DNA of 61,867 bases, counting the filler, from Hausera hauseri (lineage: Eukaryota): NCBI GenBank assembly GCA_046269625.1. It is 13 parts of 13 records of this genome, joined end to end, with 100 filler letters (N's around TTAATTAATTAA, not from the genome) between each part and the next. Parts side by side here need not be neighbours in the genome. Positions count along the whole stretch, not along the records: positions 1 to 4,112 come from JBJURY010753320.1; positions 4,213 to 10,551 come from JBJURY010111210.1; positions 10,652 to 14,857 come from JBJURY010701549.1; 10 more parts are not named here. The stretch is one strand, 5' to 3'. Positions 1 through 12,460 of this stretch are shown piece after piece. Position 1 is the stretch's first letter, and each line of letters begins with the position of its first letter. Below the pieces are notes generated by a model. That model made no database searches. It saw only the letters and a program-made list of their open reading frames with translations, and was not told the origin of the DNA. The position numbers and the translations under genes were made by a program.

Positions 1-86
1 ATTTAACAATTTATTCATGAAATAAGACATGGCGATTATTTATGATGTGGTTTTAATAACGGTACTTCGGTCTTAGTCTTCATTGT

Positions 87-989
87 TTAGTGAGACATAA
101 TAAAATCCATCAAATTTAAATATTTCATTTCGATTTGTGGTAGAAAATATTCTTTAAAACATTTCCGCAAAAACATTTCGTTTCGTTTAACGTTGTCAAA
201 AGGTCCAACGGTATTCACCATAGTCATGGTTATAAAATGCAGCAGAGCCAAGTTCAATAAATTACAATCCGGTATTTTGGATTTCAATTCATTGTGCTGT
301 GATTCTGTAAAATTTGCAACGCTTTGCAGGATTTCGGTTGTTTCGGAAATAACTGAACTTTGACTAAGTACTAGACACAAACAATTTGAAATTTCCATAG
401 CTTGATATTCTTCGAAGATGCTTGATATGTTCGTCTGTGTAGTTGATTGCATTCATTTCTTTTAATTTCCTAACAACATCATCAGTGATTCATAAGTGCG
501 ATATGTCACTTTCATCCAAAGATGAAGTAGCATTATAGAGACTGTTTTTTTCTTTTTTTGATTCCAGATATTCAACACGGTCTTTGAAATGATGGACGTA
601 CAGTCATATATATGAAATGTGTCATTAATATCAAAGATGTTTCGTCGGTCTGTTACTTTGGACAATACTGACGCCATAAATTCGGTTTTTCTATCTTGGC
701 AATGACATTTTTGACGAATGTTGTCTTCATTTTTCAGGACGTACTGAATTATATTTGACGAATTACTTCCTTTAATTAATGGCGGGAATTCATTTGGAAG
801 TTTGAAAATTTTCTTAAATCGTTCGATTGTACGATTCTTTTTCGTAATGCTAGACGACACTGATCTCCATTTGTCGGATGCATTAAAATTCAGTAACTGC
901 TCTGAATGTTTTGATGATGGAGTTGATGATTTAGGTTGAATGTAAAACTTCGACGACTTTTTGTCATTTGTTATTGATCTGTTCTTCAT
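87..989 (-). CDS. Two tandem uncharacterised ORFs (462-989 and 87-452), possibly one frameshifted gene fragment, lying immediately beyond the gypsy PPT
   Basis: ORF track 175 aa and 121 aa, same strand, with a poly-A run near the break. No family recognised. Confidence 0.3.
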
Positions 990-1053
990 GGTTTCTGTTT
1001 CTGTTCAATATTTATTCCGACAATCTACGATAATTTCCGATAATTTTTCTACG

Positions 1054-4000
1054 CCATCTCCGACTGTGAGTGGCACATGTACAACGGCAAATGTTTGAAC
1101 AAAATGTTTTTTGAAATTGTTTTGCATAAAACGACACAAAATAAAGTTGGTCCCAACGTCATCGGTACACAGCTATATTCTGGCACGATGAGATAAAAAC
1201 GACAAAAGTGCATCAAATCGTCGGCAATTACAAAGGCAAATAAAACAAAGACAAATAATAAACAACAACAGTGTATTTACAGGTCAATAAAATGGGCCAA
1301 AGGAGTACGGCAAAGCAACGACTAGAGGGGTAAGAAAGTAGAAAATGTGTAGAAACGGTGTAGGCTGCCTAAGTGGTCTTTGTATGAATAAGACTTTGTA
1401 ACCCTACAATGTTAATTGCCTTATTATAGGTACTAAATTTAATGTCTTTGACTCTGCTTGCTGAGTTGATTGAGGTACAATAATTGCGGATTTCGTCATG
1501 TACGGTGTTGTGTCGTTCAAGGACGAAGGAGTTGGAGGAGGAGGTTTAGGAGAAAAGGAAGTAAAGGTGGAGTTTGGATTAGGTTCTGGTAAAGGAGTAG
1601 AAATAGGGGTCACAATGGAAAGGAATGCATGTGGTGGAGGAACTAAAAGAGGAAAAAGAGGAGGAGTCAGAATGGGGTAGAAGATTCAAATTGTGGGTAT
1701 TATCAACGAAAAAGGCAGGCTTTACTTTGTTGATATGCACCTCTAGTTCCTTAACGTCTTTAGAAATAATGACACTATAAGAGTGAAATTGAACGAGTTT
1801 TTAGGGCCCCAAATACCATGGTTGAAAACCGCACGGAATCTGGTTTCGCAGCCAGACAAACTTTGCAGAATATAAATCCACGGGTAGGTACGTTTTATTG
1901 CTATGTAGTATTCTGCAGAATGAATCTTTAATGACTGAGACAAAATGGTCCTGTGCCGCTCGGATAGCTTCATCTGTAGGTGTATCTTCCGAGACAGTAA
2001 GCTCAAATATTGAACATACAGGTATTCCGAATAAGGATTCCGTAGGTAAACAACCTGTAGAAGTGGAGGGAGTGTTTCGCCAACCCAGTAGAACTAACGG
2101 AAGAAGAGCGGTCCAACTGCTATTAGATTCAGCGAGGATTCTCAGTGACATTTTCAGTGTTCTGTGGAATCTCTCTAAAAGACCATTTAATTGGGGGTGA
2201 TATAGTATTGTGTGTATATAGCTGATTCCTAATCAGTTAATGAGTTATTTAAACAAGTTGGACTCAAACTGAGTACCTTGGTCCGTAATAATGAACACAG
2301 GGGATCCAAACCTGCTGATCCAAGTGCGTGTGAAAACGTCGGCTATTGTGACCGTGTTAGTGCTCCATAGAGAGACAGCTTCTGACCATAGCGGGGAACG
2401 ATTCATCATGGTCAAAATTAACTGATGACCGTTGTCAGAAGGGAGAGGGCCAGCAAGATCTATAAGTACTGAATGGAAATGCGATGTGCAAGGGAAATGA
2501 TATAGTGGTGGCTTCAAATGCTTGATGGTTTTAAATTTTTGTTAGGCTACACATTCGTTAACCCGCGCTTGCACATCAGAACGCATAGTCGGCCAGATTA
2601 CCTGTCGGTGAAGCAAGCGAAAAGTGGCCAGGGTGATGTAGTTAATGTACGCTGTTGAATGCCTGTTTTTGCAAGATAGGAGCTAAGATTACCTTAGGCT
2701 GTCCTGATTTGCACGTGTCGAAAGCTACGCCATCAATGATATTGCAGGAAATAAAAGATTTAAGGATGTCTTTGGGTGGTTAGTTTTCCTGGAGCTAGTT
2801 TTGAGTGCAAATAGACTTAAAGTTAATTGAGCTTTCTGATCGAGATAAAAAATCGGCAACTAAGTTGTTAACTCCGTTGATATATTTTATTTCGAAATTA
2901 AATGTCGACAAGTATGAAATCTGTCGTTCCTGTCGAGTAGAAGGATGCTCCAATCGCATGATGTTTATTAGGTGTTTATGCTCAGTTTGTATGGTGAAAT
3001 GTCGAGCAGTGAGCAAATGTGAAAAATGTTTTAAGAAGAGAACTATCGCTAATAGTTCTCGGTCGAACGTGGAGCATCTGATTTCAGGGGGTGTTAGTTT
3101 GCATGAAAATAGTTCTAGCAGCTGATTTTCGCCTTTATGAATCTGGTGTAATACAGCGCCTATGGCTGTAGTAGAGACGTCTGTAGTAAGGGCAAGCTGT
3201 GCATCATGCTTAGGGAAAGCTAATATTTCGATTGTTTTCAAACGTTCTCTTAGCCTTTCAAATTTGTTTACTAGTTCGGAAGTCCACAGTATTGGCTGGT
3301 TTTTTTTCCACCACTGAGGTGAGCAAATAATGCGGTAAGTTCAGAGCAGTACAGCACATACTTGTGGACGAAGTGCAAAGTGCCTCAAAACTCCTCATTT
3401 CTGTTCTTCTTCGAGGTAGTTGCACATTTTTAGGGCTTCAACTCGATCGGGCTGAGGCGAGTGACCTTGGGAAGAAATAATGTGACCAAGGAAATTTATA
3501 CGCTTCTGGAAAAAGTGATATTTGACGAAATTGATCTGTAGATTATGCTGGTATGAACGTTAAAAGATTGATCTGAGGTGTTTTTCGTGTTGTTGGGTTG
3601 AAGAAGAAACAACTAATATGTCATCGATATATGGATGAGCATATGGAAAATCAGAAAGAATAGAATCATTGTGGCGTTGAAAGGTCTATGCAGCGTTCCG
3701 TAGGCCGAAATGCATGTACAGATATTCGTAAAGGCCGAAAGGAGTAGTTACGACTGCCTTTTCGATATCTTTAGGTGCCACCGGAATTCGGTGGTAGTCT
3801 TTGAATAAATGAATGGTAGAATAAATTGTGATGTTACTAAGAAGGTGCAAGTTATTCTTAATGAGTAGTACCGGGTATACATCCATTATTGTCAGTGTTT
3901 AACTGAAGATAATCACCACATAGTCTAAAAATTACGTCCTTCTTTTTTACGACATGCAATGGCGACGACCATGGGGATTTGAAGCGACGTACAATGCCGG

Positions 4001-4112
4001 AAAATTCGAGGTCTAGAAATTCGACTTCAACAGCTTGTCTACGATGAGGAGATAATGGACGCACTTTTTGGCGGATAGGTCTTTGATGTTCTGTCACAAT
4101 GTGGTGAAAAGT
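1054..4112 (-). mobile_element. Degenerate Ty3/gypsy (CsRn1-like) pol, RT-RH-IN, plus 3' UTR and PPT-like site
   Basis: RT motifs (SPWSSPLHVVKKKD, TTPFGLYEY), RNase H (LTTDVSTTAIGAVL, STFDRELLA, ADFLSR) and integrase (IDLAGPLP, ITDQGTQFES). PPT-like GGAGATGG at 1061-1054. Many stops and frameshifts. Confidence 0.93.
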
Positions 4113-4212
4113 NNNNNNNNNNNNNNNNNNNNNNNNNNNNNNNNNNNNNNNNNNNNTTAATTAATTAANNNNNNNNNNNNNNNNNNNNNNNNNNNNNNNN
4201 NNNNNNNNNNNN
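4113..4212. other. Artificial contig linker N44-TTAATTAATTAA-N44. Also at 10552, 14858, 19715, 23889, 28740, 33533, 37864, 42417, 47196, 51660 and 55908.
   Basis: The same 100-nt spacer with a six-frame stop cassette occurs 12 times. Confidence 0.98.
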
Positions 4213-6778
4213 ACACAGCTCAAAAACATACAGCTACCACGTACATCAACAGAGATGCGTTCTTTCCTCGGAACCTTGCACTTTATTCATAAGTTTATTC
4301 CACACTGCTCCACTCTAGCCGCCCCATTTGCGTCACTAAGCTCTGACAAGAAAAACAGCATATTCAATGGACCGCCCAGCTAGTCAACGCTTTCGATTAC
4401 CTCAAAGACAATCTAAAAACCGTGGAAATCCTGGCCTATCCCGACTCCCATGCAGAACTCCTCTTAACCACAGGTGCATCTAAAACAGCTGCAGGTACTG
4501 TCCTTTATCAAGTTAAAAATGGATCCCATGAGCCATTAGAATTCTTTTCTAGAAAATTCACGTCACAATAGCAAGGATATTCCACCTTTGACAGAGAGCT
4601 GCTTGAAGTGGTCCTTGCGGTAAAACACTTTAAGCATCTGCTAACCGCACGAACCTTTACAATACAAACGGACCACAGGCCCTTGCTTCAAATTCTCACC
4701 ATGAAATCGCCTTCTCCATGTCAGGAGAGGAAGATATCGTATTTATCCACATTTAATTTTGAAATTATGCACTTAAACGGATTCGACAATTTGGTAGCTG
4801 ACCTTTTGTCCCGATCGGTCAGCTCGAATGATTTTACATCAACTTTTCCTCAATCCATACTTCAACAAAACCATTTACCTCCTGACATCCTTAAATCTAT
4901 TAAATCATGCAAAACGATCGACGGTGTGGCCTTTGACACCTCCAAACCTAATAATCCTAAAATCATCCTTTCTGAAACGCTTCAAAAAGAAGCATTCAAC
5001 AACATCTATTCGTTGCATTATCCTGGTTCCAAGGTCACTTTTCGACTTTTACAACGCCAAGTAGTATGGCCGTCGATACGCTCTGACGTACAGGCATGGG
5101 TTAGGCAGTGTGTGGCATGCCAAAAATCCAAAGATATTAAGCATTTAAAGCCACCATTATATCATTTTCCTTGCACGTCTCGTTTTGAATCTGTTCACAT
5201 TGACCTTGTAGGCCCACTATCCATAGACAACGGCCATCAGTTCATTCCCACAATGATGGACCATTCCGTGCGATGGCCAGAGGCTGTTCCGCTTCGGAGC
5301 ACCAACACAGAAACAATATCAGACGTTTTTATTCGCACTTGGATCAGCAGGTTTGGATCACCTCGCAACATCATTTTGGACCAATGCCCACAGTTTAAAT
5401 CCAACCTGTTTAAAACTCTTGTCAATTGATTGGGAATTAACCATATGCACACGTCATCCTATCATCCTCAATCAAATGGCCTTCTGGAACGCTTCCACCG
5501 AACGATGAAAACGTTTCTTAAAATCCTTGCTGAGTCCAATCGCAGTTGGACCACATTCCTTCGGTACGTTTTGCTTGGCTGCAGGAACACACCATCTACT
5601 TCTGCAGGCTGTTCACCTGCAGAAGCATTATTTGGTACTTCTATCAGACCATTATTCAAGCTGGCTGAGCTGTATAATATTTTTACAGACGAAACCATAC
5701 AAACGGCCCAGAGACACTTTGTTGCGATCAGCAAAGACTCATTTTGTAGACTGTTACACGGCAATAAACCCTACATACTCGACGATTTATATACTGCTAA
5801 GTTTGTATGGCTAAAGAATCAGACGCTGTGTAGTTTTCAACCTCAGTAAGTTGGCCCTTACAAAGTAATTCGTTTACACTCCCACAACGTCATCATTCTC
5901 AAGGGCGTCAAAGAAGTAACAGTCCACATCAACAACGTTAAGCCGGCCTTCTTCATTGACGATACATCCCCTATCGAGACCATTTCTCCACCAACATCTT
6001 TACGCGACGCGCAGAAATCAAAAAATTAATTTCCTATTTCTGTTCAATCCTTTAATCCACTTTCTCCTACGTTGTTTCTCAATCCTTCTACTTTGACTTT
6101 TTCTGAGAGTTCATTCAAATTTCCCCATCCGATTCTGCACTTTCAAGCATCTTAACATCTTTTTCATCCACTGGTGACAACCTGCTTTCCTCACCTACGA
6201 TACTTTCTCCTCTAATCACCACTTCTACTTCACCAATCTCTCCATCTACGCCTTTCATCATTCCAACCTCTTACATGTCACCTTTCAACTCCTTTCCTTC
6301 ACCTTCTTCATCTCCTTACTCTCTTTTGTCTTGCCCCTCTTCAGCGTCCCCTCTCTGTCTCTCCCTCTTTCTCCTTCCACACTTTCGTTATCCCCGGCGC
6401 CCGCTTTCTTTTTTCTTCCTAACACACCATCTTCTAATCCTCTCATTTCCACTTCGCAAATTCCGCCTCTCTTAAACTCTAGTCCCTCCTATCCTTCGTC
6501 TCATCCTCCTTTGACACCTTTTACTTCTTCACTTTGACCTTCACCCAACACAATCCCAAAATCAATATCGGTTATACACCAAAATCAGATGCAAACAAAC
6601 AAACCAAGTATACGAGCAAGCAAAACCGTAAGATTCAACAAATATTGCAGAGTAAAATACAGACAATGAACTGAACGCCTTGAAACAGTCCACTTTTAAA
6701 TATACCTTTACCCTTTCGCGCTTCTGCTTCTCCTTTTGTCGTGCTTTACAATTCTTCAACTCAGCCACTGGGAGATGA
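4213..6778 (+). mobile_element. CsRn1-like gypsy family A: RNase H-integrase, pyrimidine-rich 3' region and PPT
   Basis: TDHRPL, ADLLSR, zinc-binding (LHYPG...CVACQKSK), HIDLVGPL, YHPQSNGLLERFHRT and GPY motifs. Purine tract GGGAGATGA (6770-6778) followed by TGTGG. Confidence 0.95.
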
Positions 6779-7286
6779 TGTGGTGTCTACATGGTTTGCC
6801 TCCTGGCCGAACGAGATCGGTGGTTTGTTGTTCCCTGGGCGGCGCGCAAGTCCGAGACCGAACGCCTCCATTTTCCCGAGTTTTGTTTGGCGGTCGTGGG
6901 GTGGTGAAAAGTACTATATGAGGAACAAGCAAAATCTTGAACTCCTTAACAGCAGTAATTTCTCGGGCAGAACTTGTTCTAATCACGCGTAAAATCGACA
7001 CTGTTTATGTCTATTTTTTTGCGTTTTGCACGAGAAAGTGGCAGGGCAACACATATGGCAGTCAGTGTGCATGCTTTGTGGGCGCTTGTTGTACATGTGC
7101 ATATATAAATGTACTATTTTTTGTTCGTTTTTTTTCTTAGTTGAAACTCAATTTTTGTTTTACTGTACTATGAAGTTTAAAATTTTGGTAGATAATAATA
7201 AATCTTTAGTGCCGAAATTCAAAATGGAGTTTTCCTTTTGTTATACTATTTGTAGATTCTTTTTATCTAACATTATGACGATTAAT

Positions 7287-8060
7287 ATGTCTTCGAACAC
7301 AAAATTGTTTGATCTGAAGAGTTTGTTTGACGGTAATAACTTTTCTGAATGGGCAAAGCGAGCTTTTGCTAATTCCGAATTTTCAAGTAATTTGGATAAA
7401 TTTGTTTCCATCAACTATGGAGATGGTTTGAAAGGACTTCACAGTCATGATTTTGAAAGTAAAAAATGAGATATGCGAAGAAATTATTCAAAAGTATGAT
7501 ATTGACGAATCAATTATACAGGATATTAATAACAGTGGTTTCTATCAATTCCACATTGATTTAAATGCTTTAAAAATGAATATTAAAAAAATTAGACTCC
7601 CTAGTTTGTCATATTTTGAAAAACATGACTCGATATCAAGTAATTGCTGGTAAAAGTGCGTTGACTTTTGTCAAAAGCTATCCAGTCATAACTCGAGTTG
7701 TCTCAATATATGCTGATGATAGCGGCAACGTTGTTTACTTTTCCGGTATCGTTGCTGCACCACCAAACAGTCGTAATAGTTATCGGTACCTGGTGTTCTT
7801 CGATGACGGTTACGTGCAGTACTCTTTCCAAGACGAAGTCTGCCTCGTGTTTCAGCAAAATCTCGACAATTGGGAAAGCATGAATGCCGAATCCCAGGAG
7901 TTCGCCAAAGGATATCAGGACAGTTATCCCGAACGACCAATGGTGCAAATGAAAGTCAGCCAGATCATCAAAGTGAATACAATTCCGAGTCGTGTCCGAT
8001 GAAAGTTGAAAAGGTCGACACCAGTTTTGCATACGTTTGCTTTGAATCGACACATTGCGA
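7287..8060 (+). pseudogene. SETDB1: Intronless, frameshifted, truncated fragment of SETDB1/eggless (tandem Tudor domains)
   Basis: RVVSIYADD-YFSGIVAAPPNSRNSYRYLVFFDDGYVQY...SYPERPMVQMKVSQIIK / KVEKVDTSFAYVCF matches the SETDB1 Tudor region (YAGIVAE..RFLIFFDDGYASY..YPNRPMV..VEEVDGSLV). No MBD or SET domain. Assignment of 7287-7640 is tentative. Confidence 0.85.
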
Positions 8061-8899
8061 ATACAAGTTGGAACTACATTGGTGTCAGAAAATACTTTGC
8101 ATGCCAAGCTCGGCATCATCAGACGTTTTATTTCCAGACAGTACAAACCATCACAGTACTTTTTCTTTGTGTGACAGTGTGGTTGTTGTAACTTTTGATG
8201 ATTGCGTATTATTATATATTTTTCTACTAATGTTATTTTATTTTTGCTACCAGTATGTTATCAAACGTGTCTAAACCACTGCCTATTTTTCGTTGATAAA
8301 ACTTTGGATAGGCCGACACTTCATTTGTGTTTCGCACATCCGCTTGACTGTTGTTCATTGACTGAGTATCACATCTTTGGCGACTCGCCACACTATTCCC
8401 ATATCATGTACAATAGAAGAAATCACAAAAAAACCGCTAAACCTATATCATATTCACTCGACATTAAATCTTACGATCTTCAGAGTCGCTTGGAGACACG
8501 TAACCATAACGATAATAACACGCAACAGTATAAACTTCAAGAAAACGATTTTAGCCGGTGTAATAGCAATAAAAATCATCAAAATGTGTTACATCACCCA
8601 GACAATTTTGACAATACAATCGGTAATGGAAGATGGTATCGAATGTACAAGCCCCAATATCGAGGTTTCATTTTCCCTAAAGACGTTGATGATACAATTG
8701 TACCAACCAAAACGAAACCTGTAGAGCCGGTCAACGGCTGCCGGACCGAATTCGGCAACGAGTGCGTCCCTTCCCGCAAATTGCGGCTCCGTCTCCGGGA
8801 TACCGTGCACCCGGTCTGTGTTCCAATGTCAGTTGCAGTTGCGATTGGCCGTGTGCTCCTCCTGCATCACACTCCCGACTATCAGACACCAATTTTTCC

Positions 8900-10551
8900 G
8901 TTTTTCTTCTAAACAATGAACATGCCACAACATACGCAATAACACAACACACCAAAATAATCCAAATGTACAATCATGTCCGCACTACGACAAACTTAAA
9001 CGACTTTTTCCTCAGTCATTACGGCCTTGTGCTCTCCACTCTTGCCGGTTTCTTTTCTTCAACACAGTCTTACTTCGTTATTCACGTTCACCCCCGTGTC
9101 CATGGTGGCATGAATTCTTCCTTCACCATAGACACCACGGACAAAGCCACCAAACCACCGATCTCCATTACTTACCTACCCAAACAAAGTGCTTCAAACA
9201 CTCCAACACATCACACACTCTCCACTCATTCACCCTGCACAGAATACTTTCTCGACAGCCAAAATTCTACTCAAACATGGTTAAAACTGCATCAATTCTG
9301 GCTCCAATCACAAAACGTCGTTTACCTCTTATCCAAAGCCAACAACCTGTTTTTTTATTTATCTACGTCTATCAAAACCAAAATTACGAACATCATTGAC
9401 ATCCTTCACCACACCGATCCATGTGCTCAACTTTATAATGCCGTTCTTAAACTTACTGAGCCGTCAATCGATTCTATCATTCAAAGGTTCTTCAAAGACA
9501 ATGCCATGGGCCTTCAGATGCCGTCTGAGTTCTTGCGCACATCTTTGTCTCACCTCAATACCCTTGGCGTAACATCTGCGCATAGTCCAGAACTTTTTCG
9601 TCGTTACTTTGTAAACGCATTGCCCCTTCAAATAAGAGCGTTGTTCACTGCGGTCGAAGACTCCACGGCACTAGAAAAGTTAGCTGAACTGGCAGACAAA
9701 GCTTATGAAGTGCTTCACTCACACACAACACCAACTGTCTCTGCGGCATTAACAACAAACCACAAACAACAAAATGCAATGATGCAGCAACAAATTTCGC
9801 AATTACGCACAGAAAACGAAATTTTGCAAAAGAAAGTTAATAATATAAACGAGAAATTAAATGAGTTAACGCTGACTCGACGAGGTTTTTCTAGGGCTGC
9901 TTCCCCCAATGCATTTCATCAACGACAAAAACGGTCACCTTTGCCCGCGCGGTTGTCTATTTGCTACTACCATAACAAATTTGGCAATAATGCTCCGAAA
10001 TGCTGCATCGGTTGTAAATTTTACTCCATCAATTTTAATACAAGCAACATCGTTTGCATCTATCACTCAAAATTTGGAACAAAAGCGCAAAAATGCCTAC
10101 CTGACTGTACCTACAATACACACAATAAAATCAACACCATTAAACCGACACAAAACAGTAAGCCAAACTCACCAGCTACAAAAAAACTGATTTCGCCGCT
10201 AGGACACACGGCAAGTTCTAGAAAAGGTAACAACATGCAAAAAGATAGCCGACACATTTCTTTTGCTGTGTTCACGTTGGAAGCAGCAGTCGTCACTCCA
10301 ATAAAGCAAAACATCAGTTTTCTCATAGACACCGGCGCTACAATCTCTTTATTACGATCAGCACAGCACATCCAAAACAATTTCACTTCAAAAAGCAACT
10401 GTTCACTGCTTCCGGTGGACCTTTACAAACTTTTGATAATACCAAATTAACTTTCACTCTTCCAAATTTCCCAAACACATTCACTAGGAAATTTACAGTA
10501 GCCAATGTACTTACACCTATATTGGATTCAGACTTTCTGTCCCACTATAAT
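8900..10551 (+). mobile_element. CsRn1-like gypsy family A: gag with two CHCC knuckles and aspartic protease
   Basis: Gag motifs PSEFLR and LEKLAELADK; ICYYHNKFGNNAPKCCIGC and VCIYHSKFGTKAQKCLPDC; protease FLIDTGA and IGSDFL. Confidence 0.93.
10180..10221 (+). promoter_or_regulatory. gag-pol -1 ribosomal frameshift site: slippery A_AAA_AAC plus H-type pseudoknot
   Basis: AAAAAAC-TGA followed by stems GCCG/CGGC and CTAGGAC/GTTCTAG. Conserved in other copies at 46416-46457, 25840-25883 and 20707-20750 (minus strand). Confidence 0.75.
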
Positions 10552-10787
10552 NNNNNNNNNNNNNNNNNNNNNNNNNNNNNNNNNNNNNNNNNNNNTTAAT
10601 TAATTAANNNNNNNNNNNNNNNNNNNNNNNNNNNNNNNNNNNNNNNNNNNNATTTTCCAGACCTTTTCCAAACCAATACGACTTTTTCCCCATTTTAAAG
10701 ACCTTTACCAAACCACTTATGACGGAAAAAATTGGTAAGCAGTATTCCATACATTTAAAATCGTGCGGACATCCTGTATATAGTTAT

Positions 10788-11600
10788 TCAATCATGCTGC
10801 ATGCAGCTGTTCTTTTTTGAAGAGCGTTTAGAACAGGTGATCATGGAAGTTATACTGAGTCCAGGAAGCTGTTCCCATGGACTTGGGGAGAGAGTTGGGG
10901 ATATTTCCGTCGTGATGTCTGGTACATCTTCGTTATACAGCCTACTCAGTCTTTTAGAACGATGTACGAAGCTGCTTCTCTTCAATTTTCCACCAACTAA
11001 ATCTTCGAATCTTCTTTTAATCGGATGTGATGGCATACTCTTGTACTTTTCTGCTTGGATCAAGGCCTTAGTATCTCGTCTGCGGGATAAGAGTGGAACA
11101 CCTGTAATTTTTTGTTTCCATTTCACTTACTGGAGTGGATTTCATGGCACCAGTGGTCAGCCTCTTCTCCAAACTTTCTCCAAAGTTTGTAGGTGTGATT
11201 TGGCTGAAGTAGACCATACTCTAGCACTGGTCTTATGGCACCTATGTAAAGTTTTTTAAGTATGCTTTCATTGGCACCCCCAATTTGATCCAGCTTTTTT
11301 TTCCCATAATGGCTTCAGCCTGTTTTCTCAGTCTGGGGTCTCCATGTCATTCTTCTATCAAATGTGGTGCCTAAATAAACTTATTCCGCGTCTACTGGCA
11401 CATTTGCATTTCAAAGTCTTATTTCCCCTGCCTTGTCTTTGTTTGAGAGAGTGAAGAGTGCTGATGAGGATTTATCAGAATTTATTTCCACCATCCATTT
11501 TCTGCCCATGTGGTGATATGGTCTGCTGCCCATTGCATTCTTCTGTTTGCAATAGTGAGGTGTTTCTCTACACACCATATGGTCAAGTCATATGGTTTAT
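10788..11600 (-). mobile_element. Degenerate non-LTR retrotransposon RT C-terminal fragment (I/Nimb-like)
   Basis: Frameshifted reading resembling LKKLY..IRPVLEY followed by TGVPLLSRRRDTKALIQAEK..PSHPI. Confidence 0.6.
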
Positions 11601-12226
11601 TTTGTCTACATAAGCGTGAATCATGTGATACAAGGAAATGAATGCCTGACTTCATCCAATAATTAATACAGTGTTTTTCTCCTATAAATATGGGGTGATC
11701 ACAAAGACATTCTCTGTCAAAGAAAATTTACTGTGTGTAACTCATCAACAATAGGAGCATGCAGTTTAGAGAAAATGTAGAATTCAACATGGAACTTACA
11801 TAACCCCGCATGATGAAGTCTAGAGAAGATAATCAGGCCAAGGTATCAGTTCACCCCTCCCCATTCATCTGTTTGTAAATGTAGAGTCCAGGTAATCACA
11901 GTCTGCCACCTATGGTACAGGTACAATGTAATTTACAGAAGTGTCCAAAAAAACAATTGCATTAATGGTGGACGTATGGACCAATAATTCATTAGGCTGT
12001 ACCAAACGTTAATTGTGAGGCTTTTTCTTTACTCTTCCAGCACAACTAGGATTCTCATCAGTGGCATTCGGTGACTTTCCTCGTAGGGGACTATCTTCCA
12101 TGATACTTTAAATGATGCATTTTTGACATTAAAAATAAAATAAACAAACAATAATAACAATGAACACAAAATTCAACAAACAATTAAATAGAAAAACAAT
12201 TCTTAAAAGGGTTAGAAAACATTGAT

Positions 12227-12460
12227 CTATGCGGTCCTTTTGTCTCCTTTTTGAATGAATTTTTCAATGACAGCATCATATAAAGACCTTTGACTTTGCA
12301 GTTCATCTAAAGTCTTTTTCAGTTGATAGCAATGAAAGTGTAGAAAGCCTGTTCGGGCCCTGGGTGTTACACACACAGTTTCAAACAAGAGAAAGTGCGT
12401 TCCACAGTAGAAGTGCTCACTGCTATTGTTGATACCAAACAACATAATTTATATGTTTCT
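12227..12460 (-). mobile_element. hAT transposase C-terminal dimerisation-domain remnant
   Basis: Frameshifted ..TVERTFSCLK..RLSTLSLLS.. and VIEKFIQKGDKR. Confidence 0.5.

Noticed and set aside
1898-3125. Antisense ORFs over gypsy pol (also 5237-5764 and 38821-39777)
   Set aside because: They are reverse-frame shadows of pol with no independent motifs.
4157-4168. Recurring TTAATTAATTAA as a biological motif
   Set aside because: It is always centred in N-runs and is an artificial six-frame stop linker. Adjacency across linkers carries no information.
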